64,000 nt of DNA. It comes from an uncultured delta proteobacterium. GTDB lineage: Bacteria > Myxococcota_A > Polyangia > Polyangiales > Polyangiaceae. Each line of letters begins with the position of its first letter. Within the stretch, counting starts at the first letter, position 1. The stretch is from contig CAVOKF010000008.1 in the NCBI GenBank assembly GCA_963696385.1, forward strand, positions 448,001 through 512,000, written 5' to 3'. The notes below the pieces were generated by a model. That model saw nothing but the letters and a program-made list of their open reading frames with translations. It was not told where the DNA came from and made no database searches. Shown here piece after piece: positions 40,418-50,188 of this stretch. Both the position numbers and the translations under genes were made by a program.

Positions 40418-41211
40418 CACGCGGTCCAGCCTCCGTCGACACCGATATTCTGCCCGGTGACGAAGCTCGACGCCGGAGCCAACAGGAAATGCACGGCGCC
40501 GGCCACTTCGTGAGCTTCGCCGATGCGTCCGAGCGGGACCTGGGCACAGAGCGCCGCCACGAACGACGCCTGGGCTGCGGGCGCACCCCACGGGAAGGGG
40601 CCAGGCGACACGCAGTTGACTCGAATTCCAGACGCCGCCAGGTGGCAGGCGGCATACCGGGTAAATTGCACGACACCGGCTTTCGCGGCGCCGTACGCCG
40701 GCGGATTGTGAAAGTGCGGGTGGTCGCGATACAGGGAAGGACGCGGGGAGACCGTCGCGTACATGGTGGCGATGTTGACGACCGCGCCCCGCGTTCCCCG
40801 CGCCATCCAACGCTGGGTGACGGCGTCGGTCGCGAGCATGACCATCGTCAACCCACCCCTGACGGTGCTCTCGACCTGATCCCGATCCAGATGACCGAGC
40901 AGGCCTCCGCCGGCGCCCGAATAGGCGTTATTGACCCAACCGTCGAACCGACCGGCTTCCGCTTCGACGCGGTCAATCGCGGCCGCCAATTCATGGTCAA
41001 TCGACACGTCGGCGGCGTGGGCCACGATCCGTCCGGCAAGCCCTTGGGCCCGACCCTCTCGTTCGACCGCCTCGAGCGGCGCCAAGCGCCGACCCACCGC
41101 AATCACCGTCGCCCCCGCCTGCGCGAGGGCGAGCGCGATGGGTCGACCGAGGTGCCCCCCCGCGCCGGTCACGCCGATGCCCATCCCCGACAAATCGAAC
41201 GGCTGAACCAT
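40414..41211 (-). CDS. SDR oxidoreductase (PtmA / flagellin modification protein A-like)
   Basis: TGAGGHLG, NNAY, YGAAK, IRVNCVSPG, VDGGW. Confidence 0.88.
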   Translation of the reverse strand: MVQPFDLSGMGIGVTGAGGHLGRPIALALAQAGATVIAVGRRLAPLEAVEREGRAQGLAGRIVAHAADVSIDHELAAAIDRVEAEAGRFDGWVNNAYSGAGGGLLGHLDRDQVESTVRGGLTMVMLATDAVTQRWMARGTRGAVVNIATMYATVSPRPSLYRDHPHFHNPPAYGAAKAGVVQFTRYAACHLAASGIRVNCVSPGPFPWGAPAAQASFVAALCAQVPLGRIGEAHEVAGAVHFLLAPASSFVTGQNIGVDGGWTAW

Positions 41212-41378
41212 GATGCGCTCGGGTGAGGCTACTCAAAGCGCACGCTCGGGCGCAAAGGCCTTCGAAGCAGACGCCATGGCCTTGACGCTGCCACGGGCCT
41301 GACGGAGGCGGATTCGCACCCACCTCGAGCCATCGCCCCGTTGCGGGGCACGGCCTGGATCCTCGCCACGAACGAGCG

Positions 41379-41394
41379 CGGTACACACGTTGCT
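41379..41394 (+). promoter_or_regulatory. Putative sigma54 promoter of the pse operon
   Basis: CGGTACACACGTTGCT, 13 nt before ATG 41407. Confidence 0.6.
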
Positions 41395-41406
41395 AGGGAG
41401 GACGAG

Positions 41407-42516
41407 ATGGCCATCGACTCGCTGGCGACTTCTTCCTCCCTCGAGCCGGGCACCGAGCCGAGACGGCCGACGTGCCCGCCGGCGAGCTTCGAGCCGGGTC
41501 GACTCACCGTGTCGCGCGTTCTGGTCACGGGGGGGACCGGTACGTTCGGTCGTGCGTTCGTCCGCGCGATCCTCGAGCGGCACCCGGAAGTCACCCGGGT
41601 CGTCGTCTTCTCGCGCGACGAACTCAAACAATCCGAGATGGCGGCGGAGCCAATCTTCCAAGACCGCCGCGTGCGCTTCTTCATCGGAGACGTGCGCGAC
41701 CGGCAACGTCTGAATCGAGCCATGGAAGGCGTCGATGCCGTGGTCCACGCCGCCGCGATGAAGCAAGTGCCCGCGGTCGAGTACAACCCATTCGAAGCCA
41801 TCAAGACGAACGTTCTGGGTGGCCAAAACGTGATCGACTGTTGTCTCGACCTCGGCGTGCGGCGGGTCGTCGCGCTCAGCACGGACAAGGCCTCCGCACC
41901 CGTCAATCTGTACGGTGCGACCAAGCTCTGCTCCGACAAGCTTTTCGTCGCGGCCAACAACGTCCGGGGCAGTCGCGACTTGAAGCTCGCGGTCGTGCGC
42001 TACGGCAACGTCATGGGAAGCCGCGGAAGCGTCATCCCTCTGTACCTGCGAAAGGCGCCCACCGGCGTCTTGCCCGTCACCGATGCTCGCATGACGCGCT
42101 TCAGCATCACGCTGTCGGACGGCGTCGGACTCTGCTTGATGGCGCTCGAGCACCAATGGGGCGGCGAGATCTTCGTGCCCAAACTGCCGAGCTATCGAAT
42201 CACCGACGTCGCCACCGCGATCGGCCCCGGCTGCCGCCAAGAGATCATCGGGTTACGGCCCGGCGAAAAGCTCCACGAAGAGATGGTGACGCCGACCGAC
42301 GCCCTCGGCACCATCGAGTTCGCGCGCCACTATGTCATCCTGCCGAGCACCCCGTCTTGGTCCGTGGGCGACTTCATCGAGCGAGAGGGTGGACGTCGTT
42401 GCCCCGAAGATTTCCACTACCAGAGCTCCACCAACGACGCGTGGCTGCGTCCGGCGCAGATCCGCGATCTCATTCGATTGCACGTCGACCCCGACTTCGA
42501 GCCGTGGGTGGGCTGA
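41407..42516 (+). CDS. pseB: UDP-GlcNAc 4,6-dehydratase (inverting) PseB
   Basis: TGGTGTFG, FSRDELKQ, HAAAMKQVP, STDKA, YGATK, RYGNVMGSRGSV. Confidence 0.93.
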   Translation: MAIDSLATSSSLEPGTEPRRPTCPPASFEPGRLTVSRVLVTGGTGTFGRAFVRAILERHPEVTRVVVFSRDELKQSEMAAEPIFQDRRVRFFIGDVRDRQRLNRAMEGVDAVVHAAAMKQVPAVEYNPFEAIKTNVLGGQNVIDCCLDLGVRRVVALSTDKASAPVNLYGATKLCSDKLFVAANNVRGSRDLKLAVVRYGNVMGSRGSVIPLYLRKAPTGVLPVTDARMTRFSITLSDGVGLCLMALEHQWGGEIFVPKLPSYRITDVATAIGPGCRQEIIGLRPGEKLHEEMVTPTDALGTIEFARHYVILPSTPSWSVGDFIEREGGRRCPEDFHYQSSTNDAWLRPAQIRDLIRLHVDPDFEPWVG

Positions 42517-43760
42517 TGACGGATGCGCGTGCGATTCCTTACGGTCGGCAGTGGATCGACGAGGACGACATCGCAGCGGTCGTTCGGTGTTTGCGCGATC
42601 CGAATCTGACTCAGGGTCCTCGCATCGCGGAATTCGAAGCGGGGCTCGCCGCCGCGACCGGCGCGCGTTTCGCCACTGTGGTCAGCAGCGGCACCGCGGC
42701 TCTGCACCTGGCCGCGCTGGGGGCCACGGTAGGACCCGGCGATGTCGTGATCACGAGCCCCATCTCGTTTGCGGCCACCGCGAACGCGATGGCCCATTGC
42801 GGCGCGCGCGTCGCCTTCTGCGACGTGGATCCCCGCACGGGCCTCATGGACATCGGGTCGCTCGACGAACTCGCCGCGACCCTCGCCCGATCGGGCCACC
42901 CCCCCAAGGCCATCGTCCCCGTCGACTTCGCAGGGCAGGCGGTGGACCGCGGCCGCGTGCGCGAAATCGCCGAACGATTCGGGGCTTGCGTCATCGAGGA
43001 CTGCGCCCACTCGCTCGGGGGCCGCTACACGGTCGATGGCGTCGAACACGCGGCGGGCAGCTGCTCGCACGCCGAATTCGCCATTCTGAGCTTCCACCCC
43101 GTCAAGCACATCACGACGGGCGAAGGCGGCGCCGTGCTCACGAACGACCCAACCCAGGCGCAAACCGTTCGTGACCTTCGATCCCACGGCATCGTCCGAG
43201 ACCCCGCGCGTCTCGAACGGCCCGAGGGCGATCCCATGCGCGGCGGTTGGTACCAGGAGCAGCAAGCCCTCGGGTACAACTACCGGCTCACCGACATGCA
43301 GTGCGCGCTCGGCAGCTCGCAGCTGCACAAGCTCCCACGCTTCGTGGAGCGACGCCGTGCGCTGTCGGCACGCTACGACGTTGCGCTCTCCGAGGGGTGG
43401 ATGCGCGAACGGATCGAGCCGCTGTCGTGCGAGCACCCCCACCGACACGCGCGCCACTTGTACGTGGTCCAGATTCGCCGCCAGGCGGGTGAGCCGCTGG
43501 CGAGCGTCGCCGAAAGGCGACGAACGCTCTACGAGGCACTCGCCGCCCGAGGGATTCAAACCCAGGTCCACTATGTTCCCATTCCCGAGCACCCGTTCTG
43601 GAAGGGAACGGCGCGTGCGCCGTCGGGGCCGTGGCCGGGCGCCGCAGCGTTCTACGCCGCGAGCCTGTCCTTGCCGCTCTTTCCCGCCATGAGCGACGAT
43701 GACGCCGATCGGGTGATGGCGGCCCTCTGGACATCGATGGAGGCCTCGTGCGGCGCGTAG
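42516..43760 (+). CDS. pseC: PLP-dependent aminotransferase PseC
   Basis: IPYGRQWIDEDDI, LTQGP, SFHPVKHITTGEGG, LGYNYR. Confidence 0.92.
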   Translation: MTDARAIPYGRQWIDEDDIAAVVRCLRDPNLTQGPRIAEFEAGLAAATGARFATVVSSGTAALHLAALGATVGPGDVVITSPISFAATANAMAHCGARVAFCDVDPRTGLMDIGSLDELAATLARSGHPPKAIVPVDFAGQAVDRGRVREIAERFGACVIEDCAHSLGGRYTVDGVEHAAGSCSHAEFAILSFHPVKHITTGEGGAVLTNDPTQAQTVRDLRSHGIVRDPARLERPEGDPMRGGWYQEQQALGYNYRLTDMQCALGSSQLHKLPRFVERRRALSARYDVALSEGWMRERIEPLSCEHPHRHARHLYVVQIRRQAGEPLASVAERRRTLYEALAARGIQTQVHYVPIPEHPFWKGTARAPSGPWPGAAAFYAASLSLPLFPAMSDDDADRVMAALWTSMEASCGA

Positions 43761-44494
43761 CAATCGTCCAAGCACGCACCGGATCGAGCCGGTTGCCCGG
43801 CAAGGTGCTGGCGGACGTGTGCGGGGCACCGCTGCTCGCGCGCGTCGTGGAGCGCATCTGGCGCGCCGAACGCATCGACGACGTCGTGGTGGCGACCACC
43901 GACCATCGCGCCGACGACCCGGTGGTCGCCGTTGCCGACGCCGCCGGGGCGCGCTGGTACAGGGGAAGCGAGCACGACGTGCTCGCTCGGATGAGCGGCG
44001 CCGCGCGAGAGGCCGGCGCCGGAATCGTCGTGCGCCTGGCCGCCGACTGCCCGCTGCTCGACGCGACAATCGTCGACCGCGTCGTCCGGGTGCTCGAGGA
44101 CCATCCGACCCAATTCGACTACGTGACGACCGAACCGCCGGCGACGTACCCCAAGGGCCTCGACGTGGAGGCGCTCCATGCCGACACCCTGGCGAGAGTC
44201 GACCGCATGGCCACGTCGACTCCGGCCCGGGAGCACGTCACGTTCTTCATCTACGGCGAGGCACCGGAGCTATTCCGCACGTTCACGATCGCCGACGACG
44301 TCGACAACTCCCGAGAGCGATGGACCGTGGACACGGCCCAGGACCTGGCGCTCGTACGAGCTCTCTACGAAGATCTCGACCTCGCCCACCACCACGTGGG
44401 CTACCGAGACGTGATTGCGCATCTACACAAACGCCCTTCGCTTCGCGCCATCAACGCCCACATCGTGCAGCGGGATCCACGCCTCGAGGTCTGA
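43748..44494 (+). CDS. SpsF-type cytidylyltransferase (PseF-equivalent)
   Basis: IVQARTGSSRLPGKVL, GSEHDVL, DCPL, REHVT, WTVDT. Confidence 0.85.
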   Translation: MRRVAIVQARTGSSRLPGKVLADVCGAPLLARVVERIWRAERIDDVVVATTDHRADDPVVAVADAAGARWYRGSEHDVLARMSGAAREAGAGIVVRLAADCPLLDATIVDRVVRVLEDHPTQFDYVTTEPPATYPKGLDVEALHADTLARVDRMATSTPAREHVTFFIYGEAPELFRTFTIADDVDNSRERWTVDTAQDLALVRALYEDLDLAHHHVGYRDVIAHLHKRPSLRAINAHIVQRDPRLEV

Positions 44495-44495
44495 C

Positions 44496-45275
44496 ATGGA
44501 TCGGCCCCTGACCGTCGCGCTCATGCAGCCCACGTTCATCCCCTGGATCGGGTACTTCGCACTGATCGACTCGGTCGATCGATTCGTATTCCTGGACGAT
44601 TTTCAGTTTTGCAGGCAAACCTGGGGGCAGCGCAATCGGCTTTTCACCGGACCGGCCGCCGGTTGGATCACACTGCCCGTCAAACACTCGGGCACGATGG
44701 CCAATTACTGCGACGTAGAGCCCGTGATCGATGGGTTTTGCGACAAGATCACCTCGCAAATTCGACGATCTTACGCCGACGCCCCGTATCTCCCGCTGGT
44801 CCTCGGTCACCTCCAAGCGTGCTTCGCGTCGCCGCCGGCCGATCTGGCGAGCGTGAACATCGCGTTCATCGAAAAAACGGCGCGGCTCATCGGCTTGACG
44901 GCGGATTTCGGACGCAGTTCGGTCATCGGGTCGACCGGGAAGCGATCGGCTCGGGTCGCCGACATTCTGCGCCGCACCGGCGCTCGGCGATACCACGCGG
45001 CGTCCGGATCGGCCGAGTACATGCTGGAGGACGGGGTGTTCCCGTTGCCCGACGTGGAAACCCGGTTTCAAGACTTCGTTCCGGCGCCGTATCCGCAGGT
45101 GCAAGCGAAGTCATTCGTCCCGTACTTGTCGGTACTCGACGTCTTGCTGCAAGTGGGGATCGACGCCGCTCGGGCCGCCATCCGCGAAGGCAGCCGCGAG
45201 TTTCGAAGTTGGGATGCCGCCACGGCGGCCATCCAGCCGCGAAACGCCGGCGGCCGAGCGATCGACGCCGCATGA
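44496..45275 (+). CDS. WbqC family protein
   Basis: QPTFIPWIGYF, FVFLDD, QRNR, YPQ...LSVLD. Confidence 0.88.
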   Translation: MDRPLTVALMQPTFIPWIGYFALIDSVDRFVFLDDFQFCRQTWGQRNRLFTGPAAGWITLPVKHSGTMANYCDVEPVIDGFCDKITSQIRRSYADAPYLPLVLGHLQACFASPPADLASVNIAFIEKTARLIGLTADFGRSSVIGSTGKRSARVADILRRTGARRYHAASGSAEYMLEDGVFPLPDVETRFQDFVPAPYPQVQAKSFVPYLSVLDVLLQVGIDAARAAIREGSREFRSWDAATAAIQPRNAGGRAIDAA

Positions 45276-45297
45276 CCTAGGATCGGAGAGGAGCCCC

Positions 45298-46386
45298 GTG
45301 AATTCGAGTTTTTGCATCGGAAATCGCACGATCGGCAGAGGGCAACCCGTATTCATCGTGGCCGAGATGAGCGCCAACCACGGCCGAAGTCTCGACCACG
45401 CGATCCGTGTCCTTCGCGCGGCGAAGGAATGCGGTGCCGACGCCGTAAAGATCCAGACCTACACGGCCGACACGATGACCCTGAACATCGATCGGCCCCC
45501 CTTCGTGGTGAAGCTCGACGCGTGGGCGGGCCGAACGCTCTACGACCTCTATCAGGAAGCGCACACCCCGTGGGAGTGGCATCCGAAACTCAAGTCGGTC
45601 GCCGACGACCTCGGCATTCCGCTCTTCTCTTCGCCGTTCGACAGCACGGCGGTCGATCTGCTCGAGGAGCTGCACGTGCCCGCGTACAAGGTCGCGTCGT
45701 TCGAGCTCACGGATCATGCGCTTTTGCGCCGGATTGCGCAGACGGGCAAACCGGTCATCGCTTCGACCGGCATGGCGCGGCTCGACGAGATTGCCGAGGC
45801 CGTGAGCGTCATCCGAAAGTCGGCCCCCGGATCAGGCCTCGCGCTTCTCAAGTGCACGAGCGTCTATCCGGCCGATCCGCGGGAGGCAAACCTGCGAACC
45901 ATCGCTCATTTGGCCGAGACGTTCGACTGCGTGGCGGGGCTTTCCGATCACACGATGTCGGCCGCGGTTCCGATCGCGTCGGTCGCGCTCGGTGCTTGCA
46001 TCATCGAAAAGCACTTCTGTCTTTCCCGTTCGGAAGGCGGACCGGATTCGGCATTTTCGCTCGAGCCCGACGAATTGCGCGCGCTCGTAAGGGACGTGAG
46101 GCTGACGGAGGCGGCACTCGGCCGGGTGAGCTACGAGCTCAGCGCGTCGGAACAGAAAAGCCGCGCGTACCGCCGCTCTCTCTTCGTCGTCAAAGACGTG
46201 GCCAAGGGCGAGGTGCTCGATTCGCGCAGCGTTCGCGCGCTGCGCCCGGGAGACGGGCTCGAGCCCAAGTATCTCTCGGTCGCTCTCGGCCGCCGCGCCG
46301 CGTGCGCCATCGCTCGCGGCACGCCGCTCGGCTGGGCCCATCTCGGCGAATCGATCGAAGGGGGATCGGACCCGACCCGGAAATGA
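45298..46386 (+). CDS. pseI: Pseudaminic acid synthase PseI (NeuB family)
   Basis: AEMSANH, KIQTYTADT, HTPWEWH, GLSDHT, IEKHF, C-terminal SAF domain. Confidence 0.92.
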   Translation: MNSSFCIGNRTIGRGQPVFIVAEMSANHGRSLDHAIRVLRAAKECGADAVKIQTYTADTMTLNIDRPPFVVKLDAWAGRTLYDLYQEAHTPWEWHPKLKSVADDLGIPLFSSPFDSTAVDLLEELHVPAYKVASFELTDHALLRRIAQTGKPVIASTGMARLDEIAEAVSVIRKSAPGSGLALLKCTSVYPADPREANLRTIAHLAETFDCVAGLSDHTMSAAVPIASVALGACIIEKHFCLSRSEGGPDSAFSLEPDELRALVRDVRLTEAALGRVSYELSASEQKSRAYRRSLFVVKDVAKGEVLDSRSVRALRPGDGLEPKYLSVALGRRAACAIARGTPLGWAHLGESIEGGSDPTRK

Positions 46387-47417
46387 CGCGCGTGCTTTTC
46401 CGGTGCGACGGCACCACGAGCGTCGGGCTGGGCCACGTCAGCCGATGCGCCGGCCTCGCAGAGGCGTTCGACGAAATGGGCATACGGGCGACGTTTTACG
46501 GGCAGTACAACGAGGCCGCCCTTTGCCTTTTGCAGTCTTGTGGGGCCGACATTGCGCCGTCGCACGGAAACGTCGCGGGATCGATAGCCGATGCGGACGA
46601 GACGCTGCGACTCGCAGCGACCCTCGACGTCTTGGGCGTGGTGCTCGACGGCTACACCTTCGGCGAGGCTTTTCTCGAGGCGCATGCGGAAGGCCGGACC
46701 GGCCGCAGGTTGATGATCATCGACGATTTTGCCGACCAAGACCGCTATCCGCGCGGGGCTCGCATCCTCAATTCGACGCTGCAGGCCCAAGCCATGACGT
46801 ATCGGGGCGACGAGCTAAAGGTCTTTGCGGGACCCGAGTACCTTCTGGTGCGGCGCGCCCTGCGCACGCTGCGCGCAAGGCCGCGGCCGCCTTCGGGCCG
46901 CTCGACCGTGCGGTGTCTGGTCGCGCTGGGTGGGGTCGACCGGTTTGGCCGCACCCTCTCGGTGGTCGATGCGCTGGCCGCGCTTGCCATTCCACCCGAC
47001 GTCGATGTCGTTCTGTCCGAGAGCGCGCCGATCCATGGTCGCGTCGCCGATCGCCTCGCACGATGGCCGGCCGATGGGCGGCTGTTTGGCCGACTGCCGA
47101 CTTTGGCGGATCGCTTCGCCGACAGCGATGCGTGCATCACGGCCGGCGGTTTGACGATGTACGAGGCTTGCTTTCTCGGACGTCCGGTCGCCGTCTGCCC
47201 GCAGTCGTCGCGCGAAGCCGAGGATGCCGCGTTCGCGGCCCGAGCGGGGGTCGCGGTGGATCTGAGCGCCGGCCTCGAAGCGGGGCGAGAGGCTCTGACG
47301 GAGGCGCTTGCGCGCTTTTTCACGCCCCAATCGTTTGACGCGCTTCGAAGCGCCCTGGCAGGCCGCTTCCCCGCGGATCCCACGCACGCGGCCGCAATCG
47401 CGTTGACGGACCGCTGA
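46383..47417 (+). CDS. pseG: PseG/SpsG family UDP-sugar hydrolase
   Basis: FRCDG...GLGHVSRC, LDGY, IIDD, GPEY, LGGVD, AGGLTMYE. Confidence 0.85.
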   Translation: MTRVLFRCDGTTSVGLGHVSRCAGLAEAFDEMGIRATFYGQYNEAALCLLQSCGADIAPSHGNVAGSIADADETLRLAATLDVLGVVLDGYTFGEAFLEAHAEGRTGRRLMIIDDFADQDRYPRGARILNSTLQAQAMTYRGDELKVFAGPEYLLVRRALRTLRARPRPPSGRSTVRCLVALGGVDRFGRTLSVVDALAALAIPPDVDVVLSESAPIHGRVADRLARWPADGRLFGRLPTLADRFADSDACITAGGLTMYEACFLGRPVAVCPQSSREAEDAAFAARAGVAVDLSAGLEAGREALTEALARFFTPQSFDALRSALAGRFPADPTHAAAIALTDR

Positions 47418-47509
47418 CCCATCCGAACCGCGACGTTATCGGCCCATCGTCACGAAGGCGTCATACGTGGCCCATAACCACACGCTCGCCCTCGCCCTCG
47501 TCAAGGGCA

Positions 47510-48442
47510 GTGAGCAACATGGCAAGCGAGTCGCCCGGAGCGTTTCAGCCGGAGCCTCCGGAGTCGATCTTGTCGTCGAGCCTCGCATTGCCACTGCGCC
47601 GCTTTACCGCAATGGAGCACGTGTCGAACGCGCTCTTCGTAGCGATGCATCTGTCGCTGCTCTTCGTGTTCGTCGTGCCTCTGACCTGGAAGGTCGCAGC
47701 GCTCGCCGCGGGCGGATACGGACTGCGGATGTGGGCGATTACCGGCGGTTACCATCGCTACTTTGCACACCGCACCTACAAGACGAGTCGAGCGTTCCAG
47801 CTTGTGCTGGCGATCCTCGGCGCCACGGCCATGCAAAACGGGCCCATCTGGTGGGCCAGCGTGCACCGCCGGCACCATAAATATTCCGATGGTCCGAAGG
47901 ACCCTCATTCACCGGTCCGACGGGGCTTCTGGCACGCGCACGTCGGCTGGGTGTTCGACCTGACCTCGGCGCGGCCGCGCGACGATTCAAACGTGCGCGA
48001 CTTGTTGCGCTATCCGGAGCTCGTCTGGATCGATGGCCACGACTGGCTGTTTCTGAGCGCCTACGCGCTGGCGTGCTTCGCCATCGGCGGGATATCGGGC
48101 CTCGTTTGGGGGTTTGTCGTCAGCACGCTCGCGGTGTTCCACGCGACCATGCTCATCAACTCGCTCGCGCACACTTGGGGAACGCGCCGATACGAAACCC
48201 GAGATCGGTCGCGCAACAATGCGCTACTGGCCATTCTGACGTTCGGCGAAGGGTGGCACAACAATCACCACCATTGCGCGAGCTCGGCGCGGCAGGGGCT
48301 CACGTGGTGGGAGATCGACGTCACCTATTACGTGCTCCGCGCCCTCGCCCGGCTTCGCGTGATCTGGGACATCCGTGAGCCCCCGGCGACGAAGAAGCCG
48401 GCGCCGCGGATCCCACTGTCCCGGCCCGTTGCCGCGGTCTAG
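47510..48442 (+). CDS. Delta-9-type fatty acid desaturase
   Basis: His boxes HRYFAH, HRRHH, GEGWHNNHH. Confidence 0.92.
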   Translation: MSNMASESPGAFQPEPPESILSSSLALPLRRFTAMEHVSNALFVAMHLSLLFVFVVPLTWKVAALAAGGYGLRMWAITGGYHRYFAHRTYKTSRAFQLVLAILGATAMQNGPIWWASVHRRHHKYSDGPKDPHSPVRRGFWHAHVGWVFDLTSARPRDDSNVRDLLRYPELVWIDGHDWLFLSAYALACFAIGGISGLVWGFVVSTLAVFHATMLINSLAHTWGTRRYETRDRSRNNALLAILTFGEGWHNNHHHCASSARQGLTWWEIDVTYYVLRALARLRVIWDIREPPATKKPAPRIPLSRPVAAV

Positions 48443-48459
48443 GCCGAAGAGCGAGCGCA

Positions 48460-48487
48460 CGACCTCGACTTCGACCCCGACCCGACT
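48460..48487 (+). repeat. Short copy of the hexamer repeat
   Basis: GACCTCGACTTCGACCCCGACCCGAC. Confidence 0.65.
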
Positions 48488-48539
48488 GCCTTCGGCTACG
48501 AGGCGGCGAGTCTTACTGGACGCGGTAATACTTTAGCTC

Positions 48540-48779
48540 GTGCGCATCACTACGAAGGGTCAGGTTACGATCCCCCAAGAGATTCGAGAACAGCTCGGGC
48601 TGCTCCCGAACACCGAGGTCACCTTCGACGTCATCGACGGCGAGGCGCGACTCCGCAAGGCGCGTCGAACCGGCAAGCTTTCCGGAGGTGATGACGTAAT
48701 CGCTCACCTCCGCGGCGTTCCTTCGTCGAACAAGCTCTCAACCGATGAGATCATGGCACTCATGCTCGGTAAGCCGTGA
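48540..48779 (+). CDS. AbrB/MazE/SpoVT family antitoxin (VapB-like)
   Basis: MRITTKGQVTIPQEIREQLGLLP...STDEIMAL. Confidence 0.9.
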   Translation: MRITTKGQVTIPQEIREQLGLLPNTEVTFDVIDGEARLRKARRTGKLSGGDDVIAHLRGVPSSNKLSTDEIMALMLGKP

Positions 48780-48884
48780 ATACGCTTGTCGATACGAACG
48801 TCCTTGTCGATATTATAACCCACGACGCACACTGGTTGTCTTGGGCGAAGAGGACGCTGCGCGTCGCAGCCGAACACGAACGGG
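48776..48884 (+). pseudogene. Truncated PIN-domain (VapC) toxin
   Basis: MNTLVDTNVLVDI...WLSW; similarity ends after ~36 codons, where the stop of the convergent gene (48885) begins. Confidence 0.7.
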
Positions 48885-49952
48885 CTATTCGACCCAAATG
48901 TCGTCGAGATACAGGGTGGAGGTTCCCGGCTGCGCCGGCGCTCCGGTCCAGGGCAGGCCCCCATCGGCGGCGAGATTCGCCGCTTGCAGTTGCGCCCCGA
49001 GCTGGATGAGATCCACGACGTAGGGGCCGGTATTGACGATCGGATCGCCGGCGTCATCTGCCGCAACCCAAAGGTCGCCGACAACCTCGTGCCAATCGCC
49101 GTCGGCGAGTCCGGCTTCCTGCACATACGGCGGGTTGTGGTACGGGGTCTCCGTACCCGGGAAATTGACGCTCGTGTACTCGTCGAAGTTGTCGCCGTAG
49201 GGGTTGGCATCCGCGGCCGCGTCCGCAGCCTGCCATTGCGCGTATGGTTGAACGCCGTTCAGGCCGAGGTACGCCGAACTGGCGATTTTGACCCAGAAGT
49301 GGATTCTCTTGCCGCTGATCTTGGTTGCCGACGAATAATTGAACTGGGCCTCGCCCTCTTCGTTGGTGTAGTTCGTGTTGTAGGGACCGTAGGCCGGAAA
49401 CGGAACGGTAAGGGCCAAGGCGCCGCAGTGCGTGTGGCCTTGCACCGAGCTTGCCGCAACCGATGGCAACGCGGCGCCGTCCGGCCAGCTGGCCTGGCTC
49501 GATATCCAGCTACCGGCGTCGCTTGCGATGCCGTTGTCGAAACTGAAGAGCAGCCAGGCGCCGCCGTCTCCGACCGAAATCGATCCGCCGTCGGACAGCA
49601 GAATGCTGGTTGTCGTTCCGGCGGTGCACGATGGGGTGGACGCCTCGCCCGTGCCGCCGTCGTTCACGGTCGCGTCGGGCCCCGCATCTCCGCTGCTCGC
49701 GCTGGAGGAGCTACTGCCCGTGCTCGAGGAGCTACTGCCGGCGCTCGACGAGCCGCTGCTGGAGCTCGAGGAACTGGTGGCCGAGATCGAGGAGCTGCTG
49801 CCTGTACTCGTCGAGCTACTGGCCGCGGATTGGGTGCCCGAGTCGGACTCGTTGTTGCTGTTGCCGCATCCGAACGGACCGAGCCCGGCCAGAACGAGCG
49901 TCCCCGCCACGCCGCCCAGCACCCCCGCCGTTGCAATTCGCCCTTTATTCAT
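48885..49952 (-). CDS. Hypothetical lipoprotein, Ser-rich linker plus beta-rich (possibly carbohydrate-binding) domain
   Basis: Lipobox PFGC, poly-Ser/DAG linker, C-terminal TLYLDDIWVE. Confidence 0.7.
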   Translation of the reverse strand: MNKGRIATAGVLGGVAGTLVLAGLGPFGCGNSNNESDSGTQSAASSSTSTGSSSSISATSSSSSSSGSSSAGSSSSSTGSSSSSASSGDAGPDATVNDGGTGEASTPSCTAGTTTSILLSDGGSISVGDGGAWLLFSFDNGIASDAGSWISSQASWPDGAALPSVAASSVQGHTHCGALALTVPFPAYGPYNTNYTNEEGEAQFNYSSATKISGKRIHFWVKIASSAYLGLNGVQPYAQWQAADAAADANPYGDNFDEYTSVNFPGTETPYHNPPYVQEAGLADGDWHEVVGDLWVAADDAGDPIVNTGPYVVDLIQLGAQLQAANLAADGGLPWTGAPAQPGTSTLYLDDIWVE

Positions 49953-50000
49953 TGGTACACCCCTATTGGATCCTGCCCTCTTACCACATTGGCCAGCGCT

Positions 50001-50176
50001 CGGGTCGGGGTCGGGGTCGCGGTCGGGGTCGCGGTAGTCGAGGTCGTGGTCGCGGTAGTCGCGGTCGCGGTCGAGGTCGGGGTCGAGGTCGGGGTCGGGG
50101 TCGGGGTCGCGGTCGCGGTCGAGGTCGGGGTCGCGGTCGAGGTCGAGGTCGAGGTCGAGGTCGGGGTCGCGGTCGG
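50001..50176 (-). repeat. Hexamer tandem repeat (GGGGTC / GAGGTC / GCGGTC on the + strand)
   Basis: Reverse complement of the 33911-34071 repeat family. Confidence 0.92.
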
Positions 50177-50188
50177 ATCGCTGAGTTC

